From the NCBI GenBank assembly GCA_934613415.1, contig CAKTSY010000001.1, forward strand, positions 90,001 to 122,000: 32,000 bases of DNA, read 5' to 3'. Below are positions 9,438-18,454 of this stretch, in pieces (within the stretch, counting starts at the first letter, position 1; every line of letters begins with the position of its first letter). The notes under the pieces were generated by a model. That model worked only from the letters and a program-made list of their open reading frames with translations, did no database searches and was not told the origin of the DNA. The position numbers were made by a program, and so were the translations under genes. This stretch comes from an uncultured Opitutales bacterium (lineage in GTDB: Bacteria > Verrucomicrobiota > Verrucomicrobiia > Opitutales > Intestinicryptomonadaceae).

Positions 9438-11432
9438 ATGAGCGAAATCAACACACTATATGTATATGCCGCCCAAACGCCCACAAACGGGCAAAACGGC
9501 GAAATATTACGTTTTAAACAAGGCGACGACCTTAATATTGCCGTCGCCTTTTTCGAAAAATCGGGCGGTTTGCGCGATTTGTCTAATGTAGAAAAAATTG
9601 TATTGGAAATATTCGACATTGGCGGATACAACAGCCCCGCCCCAAGACAATCTGAAATTTTGCTGCAAAAAGTTTGCAGCCAGCCAAACAAAGATTTGCA
9701 ACTTTTGCAGTGGCAAAACAAAACCGCGCAACATGCGTTTTTTGAACTGGACGCAAGCCAAACAAATTTTAAAAGCGGCGAAAAGTGGCTTAAATTTACC
9801 GCCATTTGCGACAAACAAAAAAAGTTTACCCTTTGCGCAGGCTGGATTGAATGCGAGGAAAATTTTTGCGCAGACGCTTTGTATACGCCGCCCGATGTAG
9901 AACAATGGAAGTCTCTTGCCGAAAGCGCGGCGCAAAGCGCACAAACAAACGCTCTTTTGGCCGAAGGCTACGCCGTTGGCACGCAAAACAATGCCGAAAG
10001 CGAATATAAGGAAAATTGCGCAAAGTACTTTTTCGAAAAATCAAAAAATAGTGCAGAAAATGCAGCTAGTTTTGAGCTAAAAGCAAAACAGTATGCCGAA
10101 ACTGCAAGCGCATGCAAAAGCGCAAGCGAAGAATTTTGCCAAGCTACACAAAATGCAAAAACTGCCGCAATTAGCGCAAAAGAAGAGGCACTAAATGCAA
10201 AAACTGCGGCGCAAAATGCGGCAAACACCGCCGCCCAAACCGATATCGGGCAATATAAAATGCAAAAGGCAAACAATAGCTTTTTACACATAATTAACGG
10301 CGAGGCAAAAACCGCGTTTACGCTAAAGCCGCCGTTTACCATATTGGCCAAAATCGAAAAATATTCGGGCACGCTGTTTAATGTTGGCAACTTAAAAATT
10401 TCGGCGTCTACAAATGTTATTACCGCCTACAATGCAAGCGAAACCCCGCTTTTAAGCGCGCAAATAAATGCAAACTATATAAATTGCGTGGCAATTATAT
10501 GCACAAATTCAGAGCTAAAAATTTCGGCAAACACGGGTGTGTTTGGCTTTGCCGACTTTGAATTTAGCAGCCAAAACAACTCAAACTTTACCCTAGGCAA
10601 CATAAACCAAAGCCACGGCAATGTTGCCGACATTGCGGTTTTAAATTTCGATATATCTACCGAAAACTATCCCTACAGTTTTGCGAATTATGTTAGCGGG
10701 AAAAGTCTGCCGCCCTACTTAACAAACCTTTTGGCAAAAAACACAGATACAAGTATGGGTGCAACAAGCGACGGCGGCTGGGATATTACGCAAACTACAA
10801 CTACTGCCATAAAACGCGGAGTTTGGACTGCAAGCGCAACGGCAATTTATTACTTAAAAAATAGAACTCTAAGCGAAAGCGAAACAGCCCAAGGCATAAA
10901 CAACGCGATAGACATTGCGGGCGCATTTATTATGTCGGGCAGCGGCTGTTTATATTCAAATATTTCGGTTTTCGGCTACGGACAAGTTACGCTAAAAGTA
11001 AAATTTAAATACCGCAAAAACAACACAAGCGTTTCTACAACGCCTTATTCGGGAATAAACATAGGAACAATGGGAGGCCACATTTTGTTTTTGCAAATTA
11101 AGCTTAGCGACTGCACCGACACCGAGTGGCACACCTACGAAGACACAATAACAAAAACAATTCCCAAAGGCGTGCAAAGCGAGCTAAGCGGCAGAATTGG
11201 CCTAAGCGCAGGGTCGCTTACGGGAACATATGTCGATTACGCCTGGAGCATTGCCGATTTGGAATTAGAAATTTTGGGAGCCTCTTTGGCGTTGGAAAAT
11301 TTCACATTCAAAAACGGCACAACAAAAACTATTCCCGACAAGTCGGCACAAAACAACAATGTTTTGGTAAGCGGCTACATTGCAGGCGAAAACGACACTA
11401 CAATAGAGCGTCTTTACAATCTCTTCAAATAG
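9438..11432 (+). CDS. Phage tail-fibre-like protein
   Basis: 664 aa. Contains an Ala/Gln/Asn/Lys-rich helical stretch (SAAQSAQTNALLAEGYAVG...AKTAAISAKEEALNAKTAAQNAANTAAQ) like those in myophage tail fibres, followed by a beta-rich C-terminal domain. Confidence 0.6.
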   Translation: MSEINTLYVYAAQTPTNGQNGEILRFKQGDDLNIAVAFFEKSGGLRDLSNVEKIVLEIFDIGGYNSPAPRQSEILLQKVCSQPNKDLQLLQWQNKTAQHAFFELDASQTNFKSGEKWLKFTAICDKQKKFTLCAGWIECEENFCADALYTPPDVEQWKSLAESAAQSAQTNALLAEGYAVGTQNNAESEYKENCAKYFFEKSKNSAENAASFELKAKQYAETASACKSASEEFCQATQNAKTAAISAKEEALNAKTAAQNAANTAAQTDIGQYKMQKANNSFLHIINGEAKTAFTLKPPFTILAKIEKYSGTLFNVGNLKISASTNVITAYNASETPLLSAQINANYINCVAIICTNSELKISANTGVFGFADFEFSSQNNSNFTLGNINQSHGNVADIAVLNFDISTENYPYSFANYVSGKSLPPYLTNLLAKNTDTSMGATSDGGWDITQTTTTAIKRGVWTASATAIYYLKNRTLSESETAQGINNAIDIAGAFIMSGSGCLYSNISVFGYGQVTLKVKFKYRKNNTSVSTTPYSGINIGTMGGHILFLQIKLSDCTDTEWHTYEDTITKTIPKGVQSELSGRIGLSAGSLTGTYVDYAWSIADLELEILGASLALENFTFKNGTTKTIPDKSAQNNNVLVSGYIAGENDTTIERLYNLFK

Positions 11433-11447
11433 AAAGGAAATAAATAT

Positions 11448-11654
11448 ATGGATATAAATCTAAAAAACGGTTCGCTGTTTAAAGTTAAATACATAAAAGT
11501 GGTTGGCACCCTTACCGACTCGAACGGGCTTGAAGTTGGCGGAAACACCGAATTTAAGTTCGACGAATCTGAAATAGAAAAGCTAAACCAAAGCGTTGCA
11601 TTGCAGCAGGTATACAACGCCATGCAGCCCGAAAGCGAAGACGAAGATGTATAG
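11448..11654 (+). CDS. Small acidic protein, possible tail-fibre accessory protein
   Basis: 68-aa ORF 15 nt after the fibre gene, preceded by AAAGGAAA. Its stop overlaps the next start by 8 nt. Confidence 0.4.
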   Translation: MDINLKNGSLFKVKYIKVVGTLTDSNGLEVGGNTEFKFDESEIEKLNQSVALQQVYNAMQPESEDEDV

Positions 11655-12072
11655 CGAGCAAAAAATAGAAAATTTGCTTAAAATTGCAAAAGACGCGCAG
11701 TTAATTGTGCCCGAAGAAATGCTTAAATGCCGTTACGAGATGCTTGTAAAAATCTGCAACGGTGTTGGCAGCCAAAGTATGCCCGAATGGGCGCGAAATG
11801 CCGGCAACGTGTTTTTTAACGCAGTAGAGGCATCGGCAGCCATACACGATTTTATGTACGAATTTTCGGACGGTTCGCTACACTTAAAGGAAAAGGCCGA
11901 CGATATTTTTCTATTAAACGGCATAGACGAAATATACCACAAATACGGCTGGTGGAACTGGAAAAGATATGTTGCCCGCATAAAGCTTATGGCGGCCTAC
12001 GACATTTTGCGCGCAGTGGGCAACCGTGCATACATAACCGCCTACATAAAGAGAAGGGAAAACAAATTATGA
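11647..12072 (+). CDS. DUF1353-like phage-associated protein (tentative)
   Basis: The start MYSEQK overlaps the upstream stop. The motif GVGSQSMPEW...AAIHDFMY...KADDIF matches the recalled DUF1353 pattern (G.S.P.W...HD..Y...aD..F). Confidence 0.5.
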   Translation: MYSEQKIENLLKIAKDAQLIVPEEMLKCRYEMLVKICNGVGSQSMPEWARNAGNVFFNAVEASAAIHDFMYEFSDGSLHLKEKADDIFLLNGIDEIYHKYGWWNWKRYVARIKLMAAYDILRAVGNRAYITAYIKRRENKL

Positions 12073-12443
12073 AAATATACAACGCATTTGCACTTGTTGC
12101 AATTTTGCTTATTGGGTGCACTACAACAAAGATAACCGAAACCGAATACGAAAAGGATTCTACAAAAATAAAATCGGTTAAAACAACCGAGACAAACGCA
12201 AACCCCATTGTTGTTTTTGCGCAAAATAGCAAAGATAAATCGTGGGTGCTGCACCAGGGCGGCTGGCGTTTTAACATAGGCTACGCCGACTGGGGGCTAT
12301 CGGGCGGCGTTTTAAACAACACCTTTGCCAGCTTTACAAATAGCGAATTTGGCGTAAAAACCGCGCTGGCATGCCCCGAAATTCTCGCCAACGGCAAATA
12401 TAACATAAATATAAATAAAGACGGCGTAAAAAGCGAAAATTAG
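12069..12443 (+). CDS. Small lipoprotein
   Basis: MKIYNAFALVAILLIGC carries a lipobox (LIGC). Its ATG overlaps the upstream stop (ATGA). Confidence 0.55.
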   Translation: MKIYNAFALVAILLIGCTTTKITETEYEKDSTKIKSVKTTETNANPIVVFAQNSKDKSWVLHQGGWRFNIGYADWGLSGGVLNNTFASFTNSEFGVKTALACPEILANGKYNININKDGVKSEN

Positions 12444-12515
12444 CGAATGCATAAAAGCTAAGTTTCAAAACTTGACAATAGCTTGGCAAATGTCTTTTAT
12501 TTTACGGATAAATTT

Positions 12516-12590
12516 CGGGTGATAGCGCAGTCTGGCTAGCGCACCTGGTTTGGGACCAGGGGGTCGTGGGTTCGAATCCCACTCGCCCGA
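12516..12590 (+). tRNA. tRNA-Pro (UGG)
   Basis: Acceptor CGGGTGA/TCGCCCG, anticodon stem CCTGG/CCAGG, loop TTTGGGA (anticodon TGG, G37), T-arm GTGGG-TTCGAAT-CCCAC. CCA is not encoded. A hairpin plus T-run follows. Confidence 0.9.
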
Positions 12591-12613
12591 CATTTTTTCA
12601 TAAGCCTGCATTC

Positions 12614-12808
12614 TCACAAAGTTTGCGGGCTTTTTTGTTGTTGACTTTTAAAAAAATTGTCAAATTCTCCGATATAGAAAGATTTATTCTCTTGCAATAG
12701 CTCAAATAGTTGCTTGTCTGTAAAACTATAGGGAGACGCAGAAAAGAAAACAGGCTTGGTTAGCTTGCGCACCTTTTCAACGAGTTCTCCTTTTTTTATT
12801 TTAGGCAA
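12614..12808 (-). CDS. Hypothetical 64-aa ORF (possibly a gene fragment)
   Basis: Only an ORF with a non-ATG (TTG) start. Its 3' end runs into the tRNA-Pro terminator hairpin. No recognisable motif. Confidence 0.2.
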   Translation of the reverse strand: MPKIKKGELVEKVRKLTKPVFFSASPYSFTDKQLFELLQENKSFYIGEFDNFFKSQQQKSPQTL

Positions 12809-13210
12809 GGCTTAACTATTGCGCTTTCGCTACATTCAATCTAGATATCGCAAAATACAACTCTCGGTTGCCTACAGCGTTTTCGCATTCAAATTCTTAA
12901 ACATATTTCTTGTTGACAGAGTTTTAGAAAGTTGCAGTCTGTCGTTAAATAAGAAAGCTCCATTTGTTCCTGACGTGCTAAGGTCAGTGATACTTTTGGG
13001 GCTTTCGCCGTGTATAGATACTTCCACAGTCATCGGCGAATAGAGTTTTCTCGAAATATATTTTTGCTATCGCCTACATTTTTACGCTATCACACTAAAA
13101 TGCTCTCAAAATTTGCCGAATACCAATTCTTTGCAAACAATTATTGTTCTTGCTACTTATTACACATCAATGCAAAAGCTTTGAAATTTTCTGCATACTT
13201 ACCGATTGCG

Positions 13211-13501
13211 CTATATTATCAACTCGCCTTCGGGATTATAGGTTTCGTTTTTGCCTATGGTATCTACTTTCTTTTCCCACTTATTGCCGGTCAAATAAAA
13301 TCTTACGCTATCGCGTTGCAAGTCTACAACTTCTTTTAGTTTAAGCTTTAGTTCGGTGTATTTCGTATTATCTACAACGCATTCGAACACCGAATTTTGC
13401 ACGCGTTGTCCGTAATTTTCGCATATTCGGGCAACGCGCCTTAAGCGAGTTTGCCCGCTTTTGGTTGCCGTTTCAACATCGTAAGTTACCACTACAAGCA
13501 T
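13211..13501 (-). CDS. cas2: CRISPR-associated endoribonuclease Cas2 (type I-C module)
   Basis: 96 aa. MLVVVTYDV...RLRRVARICENYGQRVQNSVFEC is the classical Cas2 ferredoxin-fold N-terminus. Confidence 0.9.
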   Translation of the reverse strand: MLVVVTYDVETATKSGQTRLRRVARICENYGQRVQNSVFECVVDNTKYTELKLKLKEVVDLQRDSVRFYLTGNKWEKKVDTIGKNETYNPEGELII

Positions 13502-13502
13502 A

Positions 13503-14525
13503 TTATATTAAAAATACGGGGTATCCGTCTAATTCACCGCGCAAGAATTTTGAAAACATCATAGCTTGCACATATCCCAATAAACCGATTGGCACTTTTT
13601 CGCCAATAAACGGGTGGATAATTTCTTCATGTTTTCGTTTTTGCCATACGCTTATAAAGTTTTTTCTAGCTTCGGGTTTTAATATAACCCCGCTGCCGCC
13701 GTTATCTATAAAATCTTCGGCAGCTACCATATTTTTATTTATTAAACTTAAAACAAATCTATCGGCCAAATACCCCCTAAACTCTTCCATTATATCCAAT
13801 GCCAAGCTTGCCCTACCCGGCCTGTCGGTATGGAAAAAACCAACGTAAGAATCTATGCCAACGCTTTCCAGCGCGCTTTGTATATCGCTTGCTAACAATG
13901 TATATGCAAACGAAAGAAGTGCGTTTACGTTGTCTTTTGGTGGGCGCCTAGTTCTGCCTTCAAACGAAAAGCCATTGCGTAAAATCAGCGAACCGAAAAC
14001 CGAAAAGTATACCCTAGAAGCATTGCCTTCTACCCCGCGCAACACATCTGTATTTTCGGCATTAAGCGCCTCGTGTTTTGCAAAATTTAGAATATTCGAT
14101 GCTTCTTTTACTTTTGCATAATCTAAAGATTCGGGATAATCGCGCAAAAAACGTTCAAGCACTTTTCTTGAATTTGAAATCTTTGCGGCAATTATAGACG
14201 AAGCAAGTTTAAGCGACATTTCCTTATTGTCTGCCAATCTATATTGCGCACGGCGAACCAACACGTTGCCGTTTGTTTTGCCCACCGAACGTGCCAAAAA
14301 GTACCCATTTTCGGACAAAAAAGATAGCCCTATTCCATATTTTGCACAAGCGTGCATTAATGCCGGGCTTGCCCCTGCGTATGAAAAAGTGATAATATTT
14401 TCGAGATTTACTAGCGGAATTTTAAGTTTTTCCTCTCCGCCAATTCTAACCGAAACACACTCTCCGTCGCGAGCCAACCAAGCATCAGAAGTCGTTACAT
14501 ATAGCGTATTTAAAAGCTTTCTCAT
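13503..14525 (-). CDS. cas1: CRISPR-associated integrase Cas1 (type I-C module)
   Basis: 340 aa. Has Cas1 motifs LNTLYV..., NALLSFAYTLL, GFFHTDRPGRASLALDIMEEFR. Confidence 0.9.
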   Translation of the reverse strand: MRKLLNTLYVTTSDAWLARDGECVSVRIGGEEKLKIPLVNLENIITFSYAGASPALMHACAKYGIGLSFLSENGYFLARSVGKTNGNVLVRRAQYRLADNKEMSLKLASSIIAAKISNSRKVLERFLRDYPESLDYAKVKEASNILNFAKHEALNAENTDVLRGVEGNASRVYFSVFGSLILRNGFSFEGRTRRPPKDNVNALLSFAYTLLASDIQSALESVGIDSYVGFFHTDRPGRASLALDIMEEFRGYLADRFVLSLINKNMVAAEDFIDNGGSGVILKPEARKNFISVWQKRKHEEIIHPFIGEKVPIGLLGYVQAMMFSKFLRGELDGYPVFLI

Positions 14526-15181
14526 AATTCCTTTAATTTATCGAGATATTTCGATACGCAGTTTTTTTGTTTTTCGGACTTTGGCAGGCAAATATCTATA
14601 AGCGAGCAAGAGCGACATTTGGCCGAATATTCTGCCGAAATTGAAGTAGCTTTCGAAAATGCCATATGCATTTTTGCGGAAATATCAAAAACCTTTTCGC
14701 GCAATTCCAAATCGAAAAAAACAGTGCGCCTTCGCGCTATTTTACCGTAATACAAGTCGCCGCTTTCAATTTTTGTTCTAAAAGCCTCTTCCAAACAAAT
14801 TGCCTGCGCACACAGCTGCACTTCGTCGCAAATGCCCAATTTTTCGGTGCCGTGTTTATACTCTATGGGGCGCATTGTCCACAAGCCGTCAAACCCGCCA
14901 ACGAGTACGCCACTTAAAGACTCGCTAAGTTCAACAACATCGCAAACGCCATATAACCCAAGCGATTTAGACGAAACCTGCAAACCGTTAAGTTGAATGC
15001 TATCGCCGCGTTTGCGGCTTTTTAGCGGGTTATCGACATTTCTGTGCAAATAGGCACCCTCAAGCGTTAACGAATTTTCGCTCCATGCCTGAAAAACGTG
15101 TATAAGCGCCCATTGCCGTTTGCAAAAGGCGAAATGCTGAATGCCCGAAAGCATCAGCATATCGTCTTCGGAATACTCCAT
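14522..15181 (-). CDS. cas4: Cas4 RecB-like exonuclease
   Basis: 219 aa. N-terminal Cys (FAFCKRQW) plus C-terminal CRSCSLIDIC, the 4-Cys Fe-S cluster pattern, with a RecB-like core. Overlaps cas1 by 4 nt. Confidence 0.85.
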   Translation of the reverse strand: MEYSEDDMLMLSGIQHFAFCKRQWALIHVFQAWSENSLTLEGAYLHRNVDNPLKSRKRGDSIQLNGLQVSSKSLGLYGVCDVVELSESLSGVLVGGFDGLWTMRPIEYKHGTEKLGICDEVQLCAQAICLEEAFRTKIESGDLYYGKIARRRTVFFDLELREKVFDISAKMHMAFSKATSISAEYSAKCRSCSLIDICLPKSEKQKNCVSKYLDKLKEL

Positions 15182-16002
15182 TATTTCTTTACTTCAATTT
15201 CAACACCGTTCGGAGCTTGTCCAACCGAAAACTCGTAATCGCTAAACGAACGAGCAGGAACAGACGGGTCTTTTTTTGCAATTTTTATTAAATCAAAAAG
15301 CTTGTAGGAAGGAGCATTTCCTAGTGCTGAACTATGCTTAAAAATCACAAGTTTTTTTACGCTCATAAGGCCTCGGGCAGCAGAGCGGTCGCTTTCGAAC
15401 ATATTAAGAATAGCCTCCCATAAAAGAGCAAGGTCATCTTCCGAAAAACCTGTTTGTTCGGCAAGAGCAGGCGAGATAAAGCCGTGTGCAACATACAACC
15501 CGTATGGAACTGTAGATTTGCGCCCCATTGTTTGGTCTTTCCCGTCGTGTGCAATACGCGTTATTGTATGTTCCGAATACAAAATTGGATCAACAGACCT
15601 TGAAAACGTAAGCTGTACGGGACCGCGAACTTGCCCGGCGTTGTTTCCGCTACCGCTAGTTAACACAGCGCCAAATGTCCTAACATCGAAAAATTTAGAA
15701 CAAAATTCACTACAATTTACAGCACTTTTTTTGCTTTTCTTATCTCCTGCATCAGATTGTTCTGTCGAACTGTCTGTCTCTATCAATTCAGATTTTTGTT
15801 TTATGTAAATATCGAACGGCGGAACGCATTTTTTTGTAAGTTGAACATAGTTTCTTATCTTGCGTTTAAGACATACATCGGTAACAAGCCCCATACCCGT
15901 TTCAGCATCTATACGGGGAAGATTACCAGCATCTGGGTCGCCATTCGGGTTGCCGTCAGCAACATCAAAAACTATGGCAAAATCGTACTTATTTTCTATC
16001 AT
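15181..16002 (-). CDS. cas7: Cas7 (Csd2), type I-C backbone subunit
   Basis: 273 aa. FDVADGNPNGDPDAGNLPRID...TDVCLKRKIRNY is the Csd2 signature. Confidence 0.9.
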   Translation of the reverse strand: MIENKYDFAIVFDVADGNPNGDPDAGNLPRIDAETGMGLVTDVCLKRKIRNYVQLTKKCVPPFDIYIKQKSELIETDSSTEQSDAGDKKSKKSAVNCSEFCSKFFDVRTFGAVLTSGSGNNAGQVRGPVQLTFSRSVDPILYSEHTITRIAHDGKDQTMGRKSTVPYGLYVAHGFISPALAEQTGFSEDDLALLWEAILNMFESDRSAARGLMSVKKLVIFKHSSALGNAPSYKLFDLIKIAKKDPSVPARSFSDYEFSVGQAPNGVEIEVKK

Positions 16003-17746
16003 TTTCGTTCTCCTTATTTTCTATTGTTTCGTTTTCTTCTTTAGATTTAAAAAATTCCTGTCTTTGGTGATAATAACCAATTGCAAAGCGCGATTGTTCG
16101 TCTAGCGATAGATGAGCCGGAAAGCCTGTAGCAGGTATTTTATCCATAATCTCGCTAATTGATTTTTTCAGAAAGATAACCGTTCCTTGATTAGCTATTT
16201 TCGACAAATGGTGATTCGACAAATCTATAAGGCGCCCAAACACAAGCATTGGAGTAGAGGAAGCTGAACCATAAAATCTGTCTACAATTGTAGCATTAAC
16301 GTTTTTCCCCAACGCCGATTCCTGTATACGCTCTAACACGGCAAAAAGCCTGCCGCAAAGGTAGCCTATATCGTTATTTTCAATATCTAATGACACTTTT
16401 ATTTCCCTTTCTTTACTATTCAATATTCTATTTTTTCTGTTTAAATATGCTTTTAAAATTGCAGCTCTAATGCGATTTATTATCCTATCTGCACGAATTC
16501 TATTCGTACATTGCATTTGAAGCGACTTAGGATACATTCCGCCCGAAAGAATTGCAGAAACTAGCCCGCCTTCAATATTTGGAGGAATATTTTCAATTTT
16601 GTTACCTTGCGATATACAAGTAAGTATGTTGAAAATCGAAAACAATTCACGGTCATAAGAACTGCGAATTATTTCAAAATCAGAAAAATGCTCCGCTATA
16701 CGCGCGCCTATTGCCTGTTCTGTGTCGGCAATAAAAAAGCGTACCACCATTCTTGCTTTGTTTGAACAAATCCCCAAAACAAAAAACTTTCGGTCTTCAA
16801 AAACTTGTTTGCGACCGCTAAACACCGACTTATAAAGTGCCGAAATTGACGAACTCCAAGCATCTGGATTGTCTTTTTTAGGTATGTCAAATAACGAACC
16901 AAAAACATTTTCAATTTCAGAGTTTTTTGAATCGCTCCAAAAAACTATCTGCAAATCGCCAATTCTAACATGGTTGGTTTTGCTAGCAAGCAAACTTGAT
17001 AGTGCCGCAGTATAAGCCGACTCGGCGTACAATGAAACAGGCGCATTTTCGCCCTGGTCTTTATAGTACGAATCATACCCGCTAGACGTCTGGAACGAAA
17101 CGAGTTTAACCCCCGCCGTTTTACCAATAGTAAAACCGCCGTGTGTCATAACCGGAGCAGTTTTTTCGCCCGTTATTAGGCAAATAAATTTTTGTCCATC
17201 GCTAGATGTGTTCATAGTTTTAGCGAGAAAATCGGCAACATCGGGATTTTCAACAACAAGTTCTTTACCGCAAATTTTAAATGTTACATTGCACCCTGCT
17301 TTCTTAGAGCACTTTTCCCACTCGCTCGCATTCTTTATTTCTTCAAGCCTATTAGGATTTTCCACAAACTTGCGCACCGCCAAAAAATCTTTATTGTTTG
17401 GGTACATTTCCGAAAGTTTTATAATTTTTTCGGCGAACGCTTTTGTCTTTTTCATTGCCGCTTTAACATCTTTTTCAGAATCGCTTTTGGGAAACCCAAA
17501 CACATATTCTATATTATCCCACAGCAAATTTGCATCAACATTGCTGCTTCGCCCATTATTTTTTGGAACGCACAAAACACGCCCGTTTTTAGCGGAATCT
17601 GAACGGGTATCTTCAAGCGCAACTAACTTGCCGTTTTCGTCTATTACCACTAAAAATGGAATGGCTTTGTCTTCAAACCCAAGCGGGGCAATCTCTCCGA
17701 GTTTACTTTTGCGCTGATAATAATCATACAATGCTTTAAGTATCAT
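15989..17746 (-). CDS. cas8c: Cas8c (Csd1), type I-C large subunit
   Basis: 585 aa. Csd1-like N-terminus MILKALYDYY. Lies between cas5 and cas7 with overlapping junctions. In characterised I-C systems a Cas11-like product arises from an internal start in this gene. The only in-frame ATG candidate I saw is at 16516..16514 (MQCTNR...), and this is unverified. Confidence 0.85.
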   Translation of the reverse strand: MILKALYDYYQRKSKLGEIAPLGFEDKAIPFLVVIDENGKLVALEDTRSDSAKNGRVLCVPKNNGRSSNVDANLLWDNIEYVFGFPKSDSEKDVKAAMKKTKAFAEKIIKLSEMYPNNKDFLAVRKFVENPNRLEEIKNASEWEKCSKKAGCNVTFKICGKELVVENPDVADFLAKTMNTSSDGQKFICLITGEKTAPVMTHGGFTIGKTAGVKLVSFQTSSGYDSYYKDQGENAPVSLYAESAYTAALSSLLASKTNHVRIGDLQIVFWSDSKNSEIENVFGSLFDIPKKDNPDAWSSSISALYKSVFSGRKQVFEDRKFFVLGICSNKARMVVRFFIADTEQAIGARIAEHFSDFEIIRSSYDRELFSIFNILTCISQGNKIENIPPNIEGGLVSAILSGGMYPKSLQMQCTNRIRADRIINRIRAAILKAYLNRKNRILNSKEREIKVSLDIENNDIGYLCGRLFAVLERIQESALGKNVNATIVDRFYGSASSTPMLVFGRLIDLSNHHLSKIANQGTVIFLKKSISEIMDKIPATGFPAHLSLDEQSRFAIGYYHQRQEFFKSKEENETIENKENENDRK

Positions 17747-18447
17747 CTTAAAATCTCCCCGCTGTTAGGATTCGGCACGTTCAATACGCCGTTTTCAAGC
17801 TTTGCTCTAAAAAACATAGGCATTGGGTTTTTCATATTTGTAAAATCCATATCAAAAAGCATTATACCCAAGTCGCGCGTTTCGGAGATTGGCAGACACA
17901 ACTCTTCACCTGGTGCAACCAGTTTAAAGTTTGCCGAAAATTCCCTGCAACCCAAATACGGAGTGGTAAAACATTGACCTTTTGACGCCCTGCGCTCGAA
18001 TATTGCATTATATTTTGCAGGGTTTTCGTCGGCTCTAAACAACCTATCTTCATCTGCATCTAAAAGTTTAGACTTTTTCTCTCGCGGCATTCGTTTGCCT
18101 ACGGGGATAAAATCAAGCTCTGCATAAATTCTATAGCGCACGTCTTTTAAAAACATTCCCGATTTTTGCTGGCGTTTGTCCTCAATAAATATGCCATCGT
18201 TTTTCGCTGAAGCTAGGGCCGCTACTTCGTTTCGTTTTACCGAAACCCATTTGATGGGAGATAAAACCTCTATGCGTTTTACTATCCAATTTATTGCGGG
18301 TTTCCAAAATATGGCTTGAAAAATATTTCTGGCTGCCGACGGCGTCATTACATCGTAGCTTACCCTCTCTACTTTTAATTCTGGGCGAGTAAAACACGCG
18401 TAATCGCCCCACACTTCTATGCAAAATTCTTTATTTCTATATTCCAT
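17743..18447 (-). CDS. cas5: Cas5c (Cas5d), pre-crRNA processing subunit
   Basis: 234 aa. CIEVWGDYACFTRPELKVERVSYDVMTPSAARNIFQAIFWKP is the typical Cas5d N-terminus. Confidence 0.9.
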   Translation of the reverse strand: MEYRNKEFCIEVWGDYACFTRPELKVERVSYDVMTPSAARNIFQAIFWKPAINWIVKRIEVLSPIKWVSVKRNEVAALASAKNDGIFIEDKRQQKSGMFLKDVRYRIYAELDFIPVGKRMPREKKSKLLDADEDRLFRADENPAKYNAIFERRASKGQCFTTPYLGCREFSANFKLVAPGEELCLPISETRDLGIMLFDMDFTNMKNPMPMFFRAKLENGVLNVPNPNSGEILR

Positions 18448-18454
18448 AATATCA

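Noticed and set aside
12591-12660. Search for an att-type direct repeat of the tRNA-Pro 3' end at the far side of the CRISPR block (29.96-30.0 kb) and for an integrase
   Set aside because: No copy of GGTTCGAATCCCACTCGCCCGA and no integrase-like ORF seen by eye, so island mobility is left as inference only.
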